Below are positions 1 to 8,781 of a stretch of DNA of 64,000 bases, in pieces. The notes under the pieces are model-generated. The model was not told where the DNA came from, ran no database searches, and saw only the letters and a list, made by a program, of their open reading frames with translations. Origin of the DNA: Elusimicrobiota bacterium (lineage in GTDB: Bacteria; Elusimicrobiota; UBA8919); NCBI GenBank assembly GCA_016218625.1, contig JACRDL010000065.1, positions 1,521-65,520 on the forward strand. The letters run 5' to 3'. Each line of letters opens with the position of its first letter. The stretch's first letter is position 1. The translations under genes were made by a program, and so were the position numbers.

Positions 1-1086
1 AGAAAGATGGGCAAACCTTTCGTCGGAAGATAGGTCTTTTACTATTTCCGAATTTTTAATTTTCATATCGCAGCCGACGGTCGGACACAATTCATTTATT
101 CCTGTAATACCGCGGGCAACTGATGGCGAAAATTTTCCGGTCTCGCCGCGAACGCACAAAAGCCCTTTTTCAACTTTTGCGATTTCCACAAATACGCTTA
201 AAATTTTATCAAGCAAAACGGATACCTCAAGAATGCCGGCAAGGTCGCCGGATGCCTTGTGAAGGGCATAAAGGTCGTTTCTCATCATCTCCAGATGTTT
301 TACCGTTTTTCTAAATTCCTCTTCTTTATCCACTGACTTTATCACTTCAAGACCTACGCCCATAGCCGGACATATAACATTATAATCGCACCAGTTGCAA
401 AAAGGATTAGGCATCGGCTTAAATTCCTTGTCGGATTTAATAGTATCCGCAAGTTGTATAATTTTTTTCTCGGTCTGAGAGATATTTTCATCGTTTTTTA
501 TCAGCGTCATTTTTTGGTCAAAATTGAGGAAATAAAATGAAAGTTTGTTCGCGATAAATTTATATTTTTTTGAGAAAGCCAACTGGTAAATCGCAAGTTG
601 TAAATCATTTTCCATATCTTCCTGCCGAGGAAGATTCCTGTTTGTTTTGTAATCAATAATTTCGTAACCCTCGTCTGTTTTATCTATCCTGTCAATTCTC
701 CCGGCAAGAATATTATCTCCTACGGAAATCCTGAAAAAGTCCTCAAGGTAAAGCGGCTTTATTTTTATGTCGGCAGTATTATAAAATTTTTCCAAGACAG
801 AAAGCGCCTGGCTTTTCCAGTCGGCCTCTTCTTCCTTTGATGCATAACCCTTTGAAACCCAGCTCTGCCTTAACAAATTCTGAAGAGTATCTGGGGTTCT
901 TTTTAAAAAATCATCTATCTTAAAAAACTTTGCCAATGCCTGATGGACACTGTCCCCGAAAGAAAAATAAGACCTCTCCTGACGGTAAAGCGTGCCGAGA
1001 CCGTCTATAAAATGAAATTTATATTTTAACGGACACTGCTGATAGGTTGATAGATGGGTATAACTTATGTAAAGCGGATTCGCCAT
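1..1086 (-). CDS. PD-(D/E)XK RecB/AddB/Cas4-like nuclease fused to a GAF-like domain (partial, runs off window start; absent from ORF track)
   Basis: Hand translation from ATG 1086 is open to base 1. Motifs: ISYTHLSTYQQCPLKY, FGDSVHQAL, LAGRIDRID, IIDYKT, QLAIY, CNWCDYNVIC; then LYALHKASGDLAGILEVSVLLDKIL...IVKDLSSDERF (GAF-like). Confidence 0.85.
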   Translation of the reverse strand, partial: MANPLYISYTHLSTYQQCPLKYKFHFIDGLGTLYRQERSYFSFGDSVHQALAKFFKIDDFLKRTPDTLQNLLRQSWVSKGYASKEEEADWKSQALSVLEKFYNTADIKIKPLYLEDFFRISVGDNILAGRIDRIDKTDEGYEIIDYKTNRNLPRQEDMENDLQLAIYQLAFSKKYKFIANKLSFYFLNFDQKMTLIKNDENISQTEKKIIQLADTIKSDKEFKPMPNPFCNWCDYNVICPAMGVGLEVIKSVDKEEEFRKTVKHLEMMRNDLYALHKASGDLAGILEVSVLLDKILSVFVEIAKVEKGLLCVRGETGKFSPSVARGITGINELCPTVGCDMKIKNSEIVKDLSSDERFAHLS

Positions 1087-1114
1087 TTTTATGTTTTTTC
1101 ACCATCCTAATATC

Positions 1115-1226
1115 AGAGCGAAGCAAGAAATTTCTGCAGGTTTTGAATTTGCGACCTATACCCTACAGGAGCAAATTCTTTGAGCGACTACAAAGGAGCG
1201 ACCAAAGAAATTTGCTTGCGAGCGAC
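1115..1226. repeat. GAGCGA...GAGCGAC structured intergenic element, copy 1
   Basis: Ends agagcgaagcaagaaattt and aaatttgcttgcgagcgac, identical to the ends of the copy at 55589-55760. Confidence 0.8.
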
Positions 1227-1228
1227 CA

Positions 1229-1792
1229 TTATTCGTTTAGCTTAAAATCACTTGTAACTTCGGAAAGTTTATTTTTTATTTCGGCAAGGCGATTTTTCAA
1301 ATCCTCTTGATTTGATGATTTTGCGATGCTGTCAAGTTCGCAGGATATGTCAGCAATTATAATTCTATCTTTTTTCACATAACTTTTTATCGCGTTTGAC
1401 ATGTCCTCTACTTCTAATGCTAAGTCTTTTAATTCGTCGCCGCGCCGAAGAGAAATATGTCCGCCGATATGTCCGCCCTTTATCATGGCAATAATTTTTT
1501 CAAGGGCATAAATCGGACCTATTATTTTATGAAATCTTATCAAACTCTGAATACCGATGACAACCAGCAAAATCAAAACTATCCATCCGAAAGGCGACAT
1601 CATTGCCGATTGCACCGCGCGGATTTCCGATTCATTAACTAAATTTTCAAGCGCATCGGTGGTATAAATTGTTCTTCTCATTACAACAAGGATGCAAACC
1701 GATGTAATGACAACGGTTAAAAGTGCATAAACAACATACTTAAATAAAAGTTTCGGCTTTACAAAAAATGATTTTCTTAAAAGGTAAAACAT
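1229..1792 (-). CDS. Two-TM membrane protein with HAMP-like domain
   Basis: Two hydrophobic helices, then HKIIGPIYAL...GG...ISLRRGDELKDLA (HAMP-like). Confidence 0.65.
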   Translation of the reverse strand: MFYLLRKSFFVKPKLLFKYVVYALLTVVITSVCILVVMRRTIYTTDALENLVNESEIRAVQSAMMSPFGWIVLILLVVIGIQSLIRFHKIIGPIYALEKIIAMIKGGHIGGHISLRRGDELKDLALEVEDMSNAIKSYVKKDRIIIADISCELDSIAKSSNQEDLKNRLAEIKNKLSEVTSDFKLNE

Positions 1793-1879
1793 AAAAACCT
1801 CCTTAACTACGATTCAAACGGATAAAAGCGCGGATGCAAACGGATTTCTATCTGTCTGAATCTGGCTTTTCATCTGTCT

Positions 1880-2725
1880 TCATCGTTTTACTATTATATT
1901 ATCAATAAGACGGGTTTTGCCCACGATTACAGCAACTGCTATCACAACTTTTTTTTTGATATATTTTATTTCTTCAAGCGTTTCGGCATCATGAATATCT
2001 ATGTAGTCAATTTTATCAACTTTCGGCGAAATTATTTTTCTCATTTCGGAAATTATTTTTTCCGCCGATTTTATATTTTTATATTTTATTAAATTTTTGG
2101 CTGTTTGTAAAGAGCGGGAAAGCGATAACGCATTTTTTCTTTCGGTAAATGATAAATAAACATTTCTGCTTGAAAGTGCCAGACCGTCTTTTTCGCGAAC
2201 TATTGGTGATGAGATAATTTTTACAGGAAAATTGAGATCTGTTACCATTTTTTTAACAATAACCGACTGTTGGAAATCCTTTAATCCGAAATATGCTCTG
2301 TCCGGTTGAACAATATTAAAAAGTTTAGCGACAATAGTTGCAACCCCTCTGAAATGTCCGTGACGAAATTTACCGCACATAATATCTGAAAGTTTTTCAA
2401 CGGTAATATAGGTCAGATAATTTTCAGGATACATTTCTTTTGGCGAGGGGGCAAAAATCACATCTACACCCTCGCTTTTACAGATGCCGACATCTTTCTC
2501 AAAAGGCCGCGGATATTTTTTCAAGTCCTCATTTGGACCGAATTGCGCCGGGTTGACAAAAATGCTTACGGCAACGATGTCGTTTTCTTTTCTTGCACGA
2601 CGGATTAAAGAAATATGACCCTGATGTAATGCACCCATCGTCGGAACAAAACCGATTGATTTTTTTTGTTGCTTAAGTTTTTTTATGATGTTTTGAACCT
2701 GTTCAGATTTTTTTATAACTTTCAT
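1880..2725 (-). CDS. panC: Pantoate-beta-alanine ligase
   Basis: GFVPTMGALHQGH, SIFVNPAQF, FGLKDFQQ, DGLALSSRN, TRLIDN; start taken at MKVIKK. Confidence 0.95.
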   Translation of the reverse strand: MKVIKKSEQVQNIIKKLKQQKKSIGFVPTMGALHQGHISLIRRARKENDIVAVSIFVNPAQFGPNEDLKKYPRPFEKDVGICKSEGVDVIFAPSPKEMYPENYLTYITVEKLSDIMCGKFRHGHFRGVATIVAKLFNIVQPDRAYFGLKDFQQSVIVKKMVTDLNFPVKIISSPIVREKDGLALSSRNVYLSFTERKNALSLSRSLQTAKNLIKYKNIKSAEKIISEMRKIISPKVDKIDYIDIHDAETLEEIKYIKKKVVIAVAVIVGKTRLIDNIIVKR

Positions 2726-2745
2726 CTCACAAGGACTCCATCCGG

Positions 2746-3657
2746 TCATTTTAAATATTTTACAAAAAATTCGGCGACTCTCCTCTCATATTCAAGCGGA
2801 TTTTTACTGTGTGATTCCATATGGTCGGCACCAGAAACTTCCCAGAATTCCTTGGGCTCACCCGCCATACTATGTAATTTTTTGCCTTCTTCAACCGGAA
2901 TCCTTTCGTCATCTGCGCCGTGAATAAAAAATATGGGTCTCGGAGAGATTTTTTTAACATATCTAACCGCTGAAAAATCATCGGGATTAAATCCGAGCCG
3001 CATTTTAGCAAATAAAAATGTTACCGGGGTTAACGGGTATTTCGGGATTTTGTAAAAAAGTTTCGCATATCTTAAAACAATATAATTGAAACTTGAAAAC
3101 GGTGAGTCAACAACTATCGCAGATATTCTTTCATCCTGTGCGGCGGTTAAAATTGCAACGGATGCACCCATAGATATTCCGTAGACGCCGATTTTTTGCG
3201 AAAATTCCGGTTTTTCTTTTTTGAGATATTCAACCGCGGCTGTTAAATCCAGACCTTCCAATTTTCCTATTGATGAAACACTGCCGCCGCTTGCACCGTG
3301 ATTCCTGAAATCAAAATAGAGGAGATTAAAGCCCTTCTTCAGAAGATATATGGTTGAAGGAAAAATATCGGATTTATTGGCACCCCAGCCGTGACAGATA
3401 ATTATCGTTTTATTAGATTTTTCCGCTATGCGTGAGCGAACGAACCAGCCGGAAATTTTTATTCCGTCGGAAGTTAAAAATTCTATATTTTCAGAATTAA
3501 GATTAAAACTGGCGGGATTTATTTCAAGCGATAATTTAGGAACTTTCAATATCAAAGACGAGGAAAACCATCCCCATATAAAAAAAAATAAAACAAGAAT
3601 GACTATAAAATTAAAAAACACCGGTATTTTAAGAAATAAAATTTCTTTAATTTGCAT
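2746..3657 (-). CDS. Alpha/beta hydrolase with N-terminal TM anchor
   Basis: CHGWG, DFRNHGAS, nucleophile elbow GISMG, IHGADD, GADH. Confidence 0.85.
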   Translation of the reverse strand: MQIKEILFLKIPVFFNFIVILVLFFFIWGWFSSSLILKVPKLSLEINPASFNLNSENIEFLTSDGIKISGWFVRSRIAEKSNKTIIICHGWGANKSDIFPSTIYLLKKGFNLLYFDFRNHGASGGSVSSIGKLEGLDLTAAVEYLKKEKPEFSQKIGVYGISMGASVAILTAAQDERISAIVVDSPFSSFNYIVLRYAKLFYKIPKYPLTPVTFLFAKMRLGFNPDDFSAVRYVKKISPRPIFFIHGADDERIPVEEGKKLHSMAGEPKEFWEVSGADHMESHSKNPLEYERRVAEFFVKYLK

Positions 3658-3682
3658 TGAGAGTTCTGCATCCTACAAAATG

Positions 3683-3858
3683 AAACCACAGATAAACCCC
3701 CGATGGAATCATTCGGGGGCAGGCTCCGATTTATGCAGAAATGTCATTGCGAAGCCCCGATACAACATCGGGGCTGTGGCAATCTCAAAAACCGAGATTA
3801 CTTCGGGCTTTGCCCTCGTAATGACAGCATTGCTGTCATCTGTGCCCATCTGTGGTTT
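3683..3858. repeat. Composite nested palindromic element (aaccacaga...tgtggtt family), inner core inverted
   Basis: Terminal inverted repeat aaaccacagat/atctgtggttt enclosing gtcattgcga...ctcgtaatgac and two ccccga...tcgggg hairpins. Confidence 0.8.
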
Positions 3859-3889
3859 TATAATTTCATGTGCGCCAAGAAAAAACTTT

Positions 3890-4927
3890 TTAATTCTTTT
3901 TTTCTTTTACTTCTTTTTCGGAGGCGGAAATACCCGCGGCTTTTTCAAGTATCGCTTTTTTAATGTCGTCGGTAATCTTCGGGTTTTCCCTTAAAAACGC
4001 TTTTGAGTTGTCCATTCCCTGCCCAAGTTTTTCACCTTTATAAACGAACCAACTTCCGCTTTTTTCTATAACTGAGTATTCAACACCGGTATCAATGATA
4101 CTTCCCTCCGGCGAAATCCCTTCGCCGAAAATCATTTCAAATTCCGCCTGTTTGAACGGCGGAGCAACTTTATTTTTCACAACTTTAACGCGAACCCTCG
4201 TGCCTATCGCAGCATCACCGTCTTTAATCGTCGTTACTCTTCTTATATCCATTCTGATTGATGCATAAAATTTCAAGGCGAGACCGCCGGTTGTGGTTTC
4301 GGGATTCCCGAACATAACGCCGATTTTTTGTCTGATTTGATTGATAAAAATTATTGTCGTCTTTGATTTTGCGACGATGGCGGTAAGTTTTCTGAGCGCC
4401 TGACTCATAAGCCGCGCCTGAAGACCCATGTGCGAATCGCCCATCTCGCCTTCAATTTCCGCCCTCGGAGTGAGCGCCGCAACGGAATCAATAATAATTA
4501 TGTCAACCGCATTGCTTCGGACAAGTTTTTCCGTAATTTCTAATGACTGCTCACCGGAATCCGGCTGGGAAATTAAAAGTTTATCAATATCAACGCCTAA
4601 TTTCGTCGCATAAACGGGATCCATTGCATGTTCGGCATCAACATATGCACAGGTTCCGCCCAATTTTTGGGCGCTGGAAATTACCTGAAGGCAGAGCGTG
4701 GATTTACCCGAGGATTCCGGACCGTAAATTTCAATGATTCGCCCTTTCGGAATTCCGCCAACACCCAGAGCAACATCAAGCCCGATAATCCCCGTCGGAA
4801 TTGCCTCAACTTTTTGATGCGGGCTTTCGCCGAGCCGCATTATTGCACCTTTACCAAAATCTTTTTCTATCTGTGCAAGTGCCAACTCCAATGCTTTTTC
4901 TTTATCCGATTTTTCCGCCTTTGACAT
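3890..4927 (-). CDS. recA: Recombinase A
   Basis: [44 protein letters not shown]. Confidence 0.99.
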   Translation of the reverse strand: MSKAEKSDKEKALELALAQIEKDFGKGAIMRLGESPHQKVEAIPTGIIGLDVALGVGGIPKGRIIEIYGPESSGKSTLCLQVISSAQKLGGTCAYVDAEHAMDPVYATKLGVDIDKLLISQPDSGEQSLEITEKLVRSNAVDIIIIDSVAALTPRAEIEGEMGDSHMGLQARLMSQALRKLTAIVAKSKTTIIFINQIRQKIGVMFGNPETTTGGLALKFYASIRMDIRRVTTIKDGDAAIGTRVRVKVVKNKVAPPFKQAEFEMIFGEGISPEGSIIDTGVEYSVIEKSGSWFVYKGEKLGQGMDNSKAFLRENPKITDDIKKAILEKAAGISASEKEVKEKKN

Positions 4928-4947
4928 AAGACCCCCTTATTTATTTT

Positions 4948-5094
4948 AACCACAGATTACACAGATTGACACAGATGACAACAAAGTTGTCATTGCGAGG
5001 GCGAAGCCCGTGGCAATCCCATCATTAAAACCGAGATTGCTTCGTTTCACTCGCAATGACGTTTCTTGTGAAAATCTCGTGAAATCTTGTGGTT
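4948..5094. repeat. Composite nested palindromic element upstream of recA
   Basis: aaccacagat...tgtggtt with core cacagatgacaacaaagttgtcattgcgagggcgaagcccgtggcaatcccatcattaaaaccgagattgcttc, shared with 24497 and 30882. Confidence 0.85.
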
Positions 5095-5104
5095 CCGTTT
5101 TTTT

Positions 5105-5132
5105 ATTATATCAGATTTTTTATAAAAAACAA
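5105..5132 (-). promoter_or_regulatory. Putative sigma70 promoter of recA (extended -10)
   Basis: Minus strand TTGTTT-16 nt-TATAAT, with TGn just before the -10. Confidence 0.5.
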
Positions 5133-5150
5133 GGAAAAATTAAACGCCGC

Positions 5151-6062
5151 TTAGTTTCCAATCTGGATTTTGTATAGACCTAAAAGATTTTTCAGAAGCA
5201 TTACTGTTGTAACCGCTCCGACTCCGCCTGGAACGGGGGTGATATATCCGGCAATATTTACCGCTTCCTCATATACAACATCGCCAACCGTCTTCATTTT
5301 CGGTTTGCCGGTTTTTTCGTCAATCACCGGTTCGCCTTTTTCATCTTTCATCTGTATTCTGTTTATTCCGACATCTATCACAATCGCACCTTCTTTTATC
5401 ATGTTACCCTTTATTAAGCCTGCTTTTCCGACGGCTACAATCAGTATCTCTGCCCGTTTCGTGTGACTTGCCAAATTTTTCGTCGCTATGTGACAGACGG
5501 TAGGCGTTGCCGATTCCAAAAGCGACGATAAAAGCATGAGCGTTACAGGTTTTCCCACTATCTCGCTATGTCCGACTATTACGGCTTCTTTACCTCTGAT
5601 GTTTTCTCCCGTTGATTTTATGCACTCCATAACAGAAAGTGCGGTGCAGGGAGCAACGGGCGGTTTTACATCAGAATATAAAAGTTTGCCGAGGTTTGCA
5701 GGTGAAACGCCTTCTACATCTTTTTGAGATGAGATCGCCATTTGAACTTTTCTTGAATTGATATGGGCTGGTAATGGCATCTGTAAAATCAGCCCTGTTA
5801 CTTTTTCATCTCGGTTTATTTTTTGTATTTCAGCAATCAACGCATCTTCCGTTATACTATTGTCCAATTGGACTAAATTGTATTCAATACCAATATCTTC
5901 GCAAGATGATTTTTGATTTTTTATATAAACTTTACTTGCGGGATTTTCACCGACCTGAACCGCCACAAGCACGGGCTTCTCTTTTATTTTTTCAAGTTCT
6001 GATTTTATCTCTTGTTTTATCGCATCCGCAATTTTGTTTCCGTCAATAACTTTCGCGTTCAC
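5151..6062 (-). CDS. folD: Methylene-THF dehydrogenase (FolD family)
   Basis: ILQMPLP, KDVEG, PCTA, GHSEIVGKP, IDVGIN, ITPVPGGVG. Confidence 0.95.
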   Translation of the reverse strand: MNAKVIDGNKIADAIKQEIKSELEKIKEKPVLVAVQVGENPASKVYIKNQKSSCEDIGIEYNLVQLDNSITEDALIAEIQKINRDEKVTGLILQMPLPAHINSRKVQMAISSQKDVEGVSPANLGKLLYSDVKPPVAPCTALSVMECIKSTGENIRGKEAVIVGHSEIVGKPVTLMLLSSLLESATPTVCHIATKNLASHTKRAEILIVAVGKAGLIKGNMIKEGAIVIDVGINRIQMKDEKGEPVIDEKTGKPKMKTVGDVVYEEAVNIAGYITPVPGGVGAVTTVMLLKNLLGLYKIQIGN

Positions 6063-6658
6063 GGTTTTACCTCCGTTTTTTTGATTATTTTTTCTATCTC
6101 CTCAAAAGCATCCTTCATTATGTTTTCATATTTTATTTTTGTTTCTTCCTTAAAATCTGCATCGTCAATAAATTTCAGATTTATATCTATATTGCATTTC
6201 GCCGACTCAATCCCGGACCGCAACATTGATACGCCGCAGGAAACATCGCTTAATAGATTTTTATTGCCTATTTCCGAAAGACGCATCGCAATCGGAATTG
6301 CCTCAACCGATGTCTCAAAAATTTTACGGGGAACCAACATCGCATTTTTTAATGCATCCTGAATCTTTTCTTTGGTTTTTGTTTTATATGCTTCAGAAAG
6401 AGTTGTATAGGCATTTACATCCTCATCTATTAAAATTGAGAGTTGTGAGTTAAGAGTTGCGAGTTTGGTCAAAATATTTTTTATTTCATCCTGATGTGCT
6501 TCATAACCTTTTTTTTCAACCGTAAAATTTGCCGTCATCAAAAGGCAAGAGATACCAGTAGCAGAAACCAAAGCAGCGGCGCTCCCGCCGCCGGGTGCAG
6601 GCAGTTTTGCGGACAAATCGTCCAGATACTTTTTTATTGATGAATTGATATAGTCCAT
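6059..6658 (-). CDS. fchA: Formimino-THF cyclodeaminase-family methenyl-THF cyclohydrolase
   Basis: PAPGGGSAAAL, GNKNLLSD, NIDINL; context next to folD. Confidence 0.85.
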   Translation of the reverse strand: MDYINSSIKKYLDDLSAKLPAPGGGSAAALVSATGISCLLMTANFTVEKKGYEAHQDEIKNILTKLATLNSQLSILIDEDVNAYTTLSEAYKTKTKEKIQDALKNAMLVPRKIFETSVEAIPIAMRLSEIGNKNLLSDVSCGVSMLRSGIESAKCNIDINLKFIDDADFKEETKIKYENIMKDAFEEIEKIIKKTEVKP

Positions 6659-6667
6659 AGTGAACTT

Positions 6668-6701
6668 CCGAACAAGTGTTCGGCATCGAACATTTGTTCG
6701 G
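6668..6701. repeat. Double GAAC-N4-GTTC palindrome downstream of metF
   Basis: ccgaacaagtgttcggcatcgaacatttgttcgg; near copy at 7592-7624. Confidence 0.8.
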
Positions 6702-6704
6702 GTT

Positions 6705-7580
6705 TTACATGCCCGCGAGTTTAAGGATTTTGGGGACCTTATCGTCCCAGCCGAGCGGCATTATGTGGACACCCTGACAGTATGGTTTGAGTTCTTTGAT
6801 GAGTCGTGCAGCAATTTCTATTCCTGTTTGACCTGATTTTGTTTTTTCTTTGTCTTTTTTGAGTTCTTCAATTAAATTGTCCGGGACATAAACACCGGCG
6901 ACATTTTCATTCATATATTTTGCCATTCCGACAGTTTTCAATACAACGATTCCCGCCATAACCGGGACACCAAATTGTTTTGCTTTCTCCATAAACTTCA
7001 CGAATTTTTCTGTTTCATAAACCGCCTGCGTCTGGAAAAACTGTGCGCCCGCTTTTACCTTTTTCTCCATTTTTATAAGTTGCGGCTCAACTGGTTCACT
7101 GCACGGCGAAACTACGGCACCGATTGAAAATTTCGGCGGTTCGCCGTCAAGTTTATTCCCTGCCAAATCCTCGCCGCTTTCAAGTTTTTTTACCGCATGA
7201 ATTAAAGACACTGCATCCAAATCAAAAACCGGTTTTGCCTGCGGATGGTCGCCAAGTTTCGTGTGGTCGCCTGTTAAAAGCAGCAAGTTTTCTATACCGA
7301 ATGCAGCAGCAGATAAAATATCCGATTGAAGTGCAATTCTGTTTCTGTCGCGGCAAACCACCTGATAGACAGGTTCAAGTCCTTTGTCTTTTAAGAAATG
7401 ACAGGTTGCGAGAGAGCCAAACCTCATTACCGACGACTGATTATCAGTAACATTTATAGCATCCACTTTGCCTTTAAGCAATTCTGCCTCGTGTAAGCAT
7501 TTGCTTATATCATATCCCTTTGGCGGACCAATTTCCGAAGTGATAACAAATTTTTTTGGAAACAGTTCAGCCAGTTTCAT
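6705..7580 (-). CDS. metF: Methylene-THF reductase
   Basis: EIGPPKG, INVTDN, CRDRNRIALQ, LTGDH, GAQFFQTQ, GVHIM. Confidence 0.93.
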   Translation of the reverse strand: MKLAELFPKKFVITSEIGPPKGYDISKCLHEAELLKGKVDAINVTDNQSSVMRFGSLATCHFLKDKGLEPVYQVVCRDRNRIALQSDILSAAAFGIENLLLLTGDHTKLGDHPQAKPVFDLDAVSLIHAVKKLESGEDLAGNKLDGEPPKFSIGAVVSPCSEPVEPQLIKMEKKVKAGAQFFQTQAVYETEKFVKFMEKAKQFGVPVMAGIVVLKTVGMAKYMNENVAGVYVPDNLIEELKKDKEKTKSGQTGIEIAARLIKELKPYCQGVHIMPLGWDDKVPKILKLAGM

Positions 7581-7591
7581 AATTATACTAA

Positions 7592-7624
7592 CCGAACAAG
7601 TGTTCGGTGCCGAACACTTGTTCG
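7592..7624. repeat. Double GAAC-N4-GTTC palindrome between metV and metF
   Basis: cgaacaagtgttcgg-tg-ccgaacacttgttcg, a 15-bp inverted repeat. Confidence 0.8.
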
Positions 7625-7633
7625 CCTCCAGTT

Positions 7634-8305
7634 TTATTTTTCTTGTTCTACATCGTAAAACATTGATTTCCGTAATTCTGTCTTTGGAAACATTTTTGAA
7701 TAGTCGCGAAGTTTTGTAAATTTTTGCAGATTTTCAAGTTTATTTAATTTTTTAAGACGGTTGTAAATTTTTTCCCAGCCGCAGTCAAGTTCTTTGTCTA
7801 TTTCACATTTCCCGTTTTTTGCACCGCCGCAGGAACCGTTCAGTAAAGATTTTGAACAGTTTGTTATCGGACAAATTCCGCCTGTCAAATCCAGAACGCA
7901 CTCGCCGCATTCGGCACAGCGCTCTTGCGACGGCCATGTCCCCTGAAATCCGCCGAGATAAATCGTATTGTTCGCGGGATGAACATATTTATCAATTACC
8001 GACGAAACTGCTTGAACGCCGACTCCGCATGTTAATGCAATAATTGAATCTGCAAAATCAATTTTTTCTTTATGTCTTAATATCTTTAGGGAATCCAAAA
8101 GTTTATTACACATAAAATCAACCGTTGTGCAGCCAACAACTTTTATTCCGGATGCTTCCAACTTTTGTTTCAACTCAACACATGCCTTTTCGCCGCCGGT
8201 TTCACAAACCTCAGCACAGCCGTTGCATCCGACGACAAAAACAGTTTTTTCGCCTTCAAGCATTTTTAAGATTTCGTCAATTGGTTTCTGTTGAGAAACA
8301 ATCAT
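7634..8305 (-). CDS. metV: MTHFR small Fe-S/Zn subunit (MetV)
   Basis: GCNGCAEVC, CGVGVQ, CAECGEC...GGICPITNCSKSLLNGSCGG...GKCE...CGW. Confidence 0.9.
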   Translation of the reverse strand: MIVSQQKPIDEILKMLEGEKTVFVVGCNGCAEVCETGGEKACVELKQKLEASGIKVVGCTTVDFMCNKLLDSLKILRHKEKIDFADSIIALTCGVGVQAVSSVIDKYVHPANNTIYLGGFQGTWPSQERCAECGECVLDLTGGICPITNCSKSLLNGSCGGAKNGKCEIDKELDCGWEKIYNRLKKLNKLENLQKFTKLRDYSKMFPKTELRKSMFYDVEQEK

Positions 8306-8781
8306 TGTTTTACCTCACATAGAATAGTTTTTATAATTTCCGGAATTTTATTTCTGATTTCCTCCGAAAGTCCAATCTTCGGCTCAATCTCTTTCGGTTC
8401 AACACCGATAAAAACAATCTCTTTCGGAATAGTGCCAACTTTTTCGGCAATTTTTAATGCATCAATTATATTCAAATCATGTAAAGATGTTTTCTGCATT
8501 TCACTATTTCGAAATTGTGAAATTGTGAAATTGTGAAATTTGTAAATATCGCCATGAACTCCGCCGTTTTTTACAGCGTCAACTATTATTAGTTTGTCAA
8601 CATCCCTTAACGAAAGAATAACATCAAGTGCTGATGTCCCACCATCAATAAATTGGACATTGGACTTCGGACATTGGACTTCGGACAACTCTTTTATTAT
8701 ATGAACCCCAATCCCTTCATCACCCATTAAAATATTTCCGAAACCAACAACCGCAATTTTACAGTGTTCTGTATTTTCCAA
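8302..8781 (-). CDS. Hydrogenase maturation protease
   Basis: GFGNILMGDEGIGV, IDGGT, IIVDAV, SLHD, IGVEP. Confidence 0.93.
   Translation of the reverse strand: MENTEHCKIAVVGFGNILMGDEGIGVHIIKELSEVQCPKSNVQFIDGGTSALDVILSLRDVDKLIIVDAVKNGGVHGDIYKFHNFTISQFRNSEMQKTSLHDLNIIDALKIAEKVGTIPKEIVFIGVEPKEIEPKIGLSEEIRNKIPEIIKTILCEVKQ

Noticed and set aside
350..1086. CRISPR-associated cas4
   Set aside because: No cas1/cas2 or array in the window, and the nuclease is fused to a GAF-like domain.
4928..5150. SOS box upstream of recA
   Set aside because: No GAAC-N4-GTTC or CTGT-N8-ACAG motif was seen there.
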